Assembly: GCF_038025025.1 (NCBI RefSeq)
Contig: NW_027117345.1
Location: 1,364,001-1,428,000, forward strand
DNA: 64,000 nucleotides
Source of the DNA: Phyllosticta citribraziliensis
Taxonomy: Eukaryota
Direction: 5' to 3'
A program made the translations under genes and the position numbers. Below are positions 61,440 to 64,000 of the stretch, one piece after another (within the stretch, counting starts at the first letter, position 1; each line of letters begins with the position of its first letter). The notes beneath the pieces were generated by a model. It did no database searches and had not been told where the DNA came from. It worked only from the letters and a program-made list of their open reading frames with translations.

Positions 61440-64000
61440 TCACTTCCACCACAGGACCGAGTACGTGCCGGCTTCTGTCTCGCCCTCGCGCCGCACGCCC
61501 TCGACGCGTGCCTCGATGCCCATGCCGAACGGATTCGCCAGCAGCTCGCCCAACTTCTTCGCAATCGAGACGACTTCGCTGTCGAGTTGCGGCGGTTGCT
61601 GCTGCTGGTGTCTGTCGAGAGGTGTGGTGTTGTTGCTGCTGCTGTTGCCGCCGCTGCCGTTCTTGTACATGACGAGGTTGTTGTTCGCCGATGAGGATGA
61701 CGACGACATGGTGCTGGCGGGCGTGGAAACGGTGCTGCGGGCCGAACTGGAGCCAGGCGGCGAGGTGCTGAGGGCCGCATGGTCCTTGTGGTGGCCATGC
61801 TGCTGCTGCGGCTGGAAGTAGCTCGTAGGCGCGCTGGTCGAAGTGGACGTTGTTGATCTGCTCTGGTGGTGCTTATCCAGGGCCTCGTACAGCGGCTGGA
61901 TGAGCGCCAGGTGCTTTGCGGCGACGGGCTCCGCCTGCGCGCAGTTGTCGAGGGTGTCGATGCACAGCTTGGCGGACGCGAGGTCCGCCGTCAGGTGAGC
62001 TGTGTTGTGGTCGCCGTCGAGGATTTGCTGGGCAGAGTTGAAGAGTATGACGGTGCACGAGTGGAATGACCAGTAGCTGGAAGAATTGTGTCAGCGCACG
62101 GAACTGGCGGATGCGATGAGATTTGTTTTGATTCGGATAGCAGAAGAACAAAGAACCGAAAGTAGGCGGGGAGGTTGACGCGTTCACTCATTCAGCTGTC
62201 TTCCTGAAGAGAGCATATTGTTGCGAGCTTGTTGGAGACAAACTTACATCAAAACCCAGCAGCGTCTTGTCATGAAGCTGGTAAAATCAATCAGCGACAT
62301 GATGCGTGTCATTTGCTGCGCAGCCATGGAGCAGCGTGCGCGATAGTCTTGGACCTGAGTGTAGGCGACGTCGAGATTCCACCTGGACTGGATGCGGGCG
62401 TTGGAAGCATTCAGCAAGACCTGCCGGTAGAGGGAGATGATGGCTCCAAGATAAAACATGTGGAGCATCAAGATGGCTCTTCTTTGGAAAAAGTTGACGA
62501 CTGAATACTTGTTCTGGTCTATCAGAGTTGAGAGATGCATTGACGGAGGTAGTTCGTTGTACCAAGCATCGAGCGTCTCTGTGAGTCTTGATATGTGCTC
62601 AGCCCTAACGTCTGTGGCGGCCTGATGGACTGTGAGTTCCGCTATGTCTCTGGACACAAGTCCAATCTTGCTTCCTTGAGCGTGGATGGCATCATTCATT
62701 GATGTGCATTCGCAGGGAGGTATCCACGCATGCTAGAAATATGAGCGAAAGGTCTAGCTCTAATCACTGGTGATCTTACTGTGAGATCTTCCATGCTAAC
62801 ATCAGACTTGTAACCAAGAGTGGTGGATAGCCAACTGTCGACCGTTAGCACAAATGTCCTGTCCGGAGCGAAGATAACAAACCAGTCCATGAATATGAGG
62901 GTGTTCATGACCTTGCGAGCGGATTTTTGATCCGTTTGGTCAGGCAGGTCTTCTTCAAGAGTGGGAAATTTCCAACGTGAAATCTTGAGACCAGCAGCTG
63001 ATGAATTGCGTCAGCTTACTTAGTTCTGAACTTCAACAATTGAATTGCGGTTGGAAGTCAAGGGTCATCATTTCAAACACGAAACAGATCATCAAAAGAG
63101 CCAAGGAGCTGTGACGTACTGATTATGTGACGAATAGCCATGTGCTTTTCGAGGAGGGAGTAAACAGAGAAAAGAAGCAGAAACTGCATGATGGAATAAT
63201 CGTCAAACTTGGAAATAGAAGATTCAAAGGCCCAAATGGCTGAAGCGTACAGACCCTGCCTTATTGGCTCGGGCATGCAATCACAGTCGTAATGCGCGCC
63301 AATTGCAGCTATTACCAGCGCGATGATGAGGCTTTTGTGATCCACGGGTCCTGGCCTGAAGACTTGGTCCAACATTGCGTCCAACTGATCACTGGACACC
63401 AGGTAGATTATGCAGCCAGTGCCGACTATGCAACATTGGGCACCTTTCCGAACAGTCTCTTCCGGCGGGAGCGATATGGTGTCGTAAAAGGGGACACCTG
63501 CGGCAAGAAGCTCAATCCTCTTTGCTCTAAGCTCTTGCACTGCAAGTGCCACAGAAGCGCGGCAATCCTCAATGATGGAATGCGTCGAGTCGTGCCTCGT
63601 CTTTTTCTGGGGATTGGCATTGGCACCCGCAACGCTCTCAGACGAGTGGCTACTCGTCTCGCAGGCAGGTTCGTTGGATGGTGCCTGACGGGTGACCTGG
63701 GCAGAATCCTGTCGAAAGTGCCGGAGGTAGCTTTGGTAGCGTCGATAATTCTCAGTCTTCTTGTACTCGTCCATCTGGGCCTCGTACTCTTGAAAAGCCT
63801 GCGCGGCTTGACGCTCCCAGGCATGCTTCAAGTCTGGTGCAAGGGATTGCCATCTCCTGCCGACTTCGCGAGCGGACTCTTCGAAGGAAAGCGAGAGATT
63901 GGTGAAGTCAGGATCCCTTCGCTGGGCGTTGGCAAAATTGACGTAGGCGGTTTTTGGCTTTTTCGGGGCATGAACGTCGGGACGAGGTTTTCGTCGATAT
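61440..64000 (-). CDS. HMG-box protein with fungal transcription factor middle-homology-like region (5' end outside window; at least 4 introns)
   Basis: HMG box YRRKPRPDVHAPKKPKTAYVNFANAQR...REVGRRWQSL...WERQA..YKKTENY, followed by NTLIFMD|CWLSTTLG, LDAWYNELPPSMHL and LHMFYLGAIISLYR; ends GTYSVLWWK*. Confidence 0.85.

Noticed and set aside
61440..64000. Mating-type MAT1-2-1 locus (HMG gene)
   Set aside because: The HMG box is of the APKKPKTAY type with a long regulatory C-terminus, lacks the PRPPNAF MAT-type motif, and has no APN2/SLA2 neighbours in the window.

Overview
Gene-dense window from a filamentous ascomycete, judged by short spliceosomal introns with CTRAC branch points, fungal protein families and a RIP-like left end; the species cannot be determined from sequence alone. 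I can support about 22 protein-coding units and one tRNA gene. In order these are: neutral ceramidase, SPF27/BCAS2, PKA regulatory subunit, class II aldolase/adducin, Sac-domain phosphoinositide phosphatase, a small Gly/Ala/Val-rich protein, mitochondrial PPR protein, histidine acid phosphatase, MFS transporter, tyrosinase-like protein, cytochrome P450, old yellow enzyme, MoaC and MoaA (a MOCS1/cnxABC-like locus), DUS1, TOM70, ABZ2-like lyase, intron-containing tRNA-Glu(CTC), Zn alcohol dehydrogenase, DUF3602 protein, ARP1, 2OG-Fe(II) oxygenase, FHA/forkhead factor, and a truncated HMG-box transcription factor. The left end looks like the terminus of a RIP-damaged DNA transposon. The most notable signals are at the level of RNA processing. 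(1) A 211-nt intron would delete the MoaA Gly-Gly-stop and fuse MoaA in frame to an unusually large MoaC with a repeat-bearing tail. (2) A 15-nt terminal exon adds a PTS1-like -SKI to the old yellow enzyme. (3) An in-frame CTG could add a mitochondrial presequence to Dus1. (4) Rare AAG splice acceptors cluster at 19-30 kb. (5) An HMG box sits on a Zn2Cys6-type regulatory domain. All exon structures were inferred by eye and need RNA-seq confirmation. I found no clearly self-contained novel multi-gene system.
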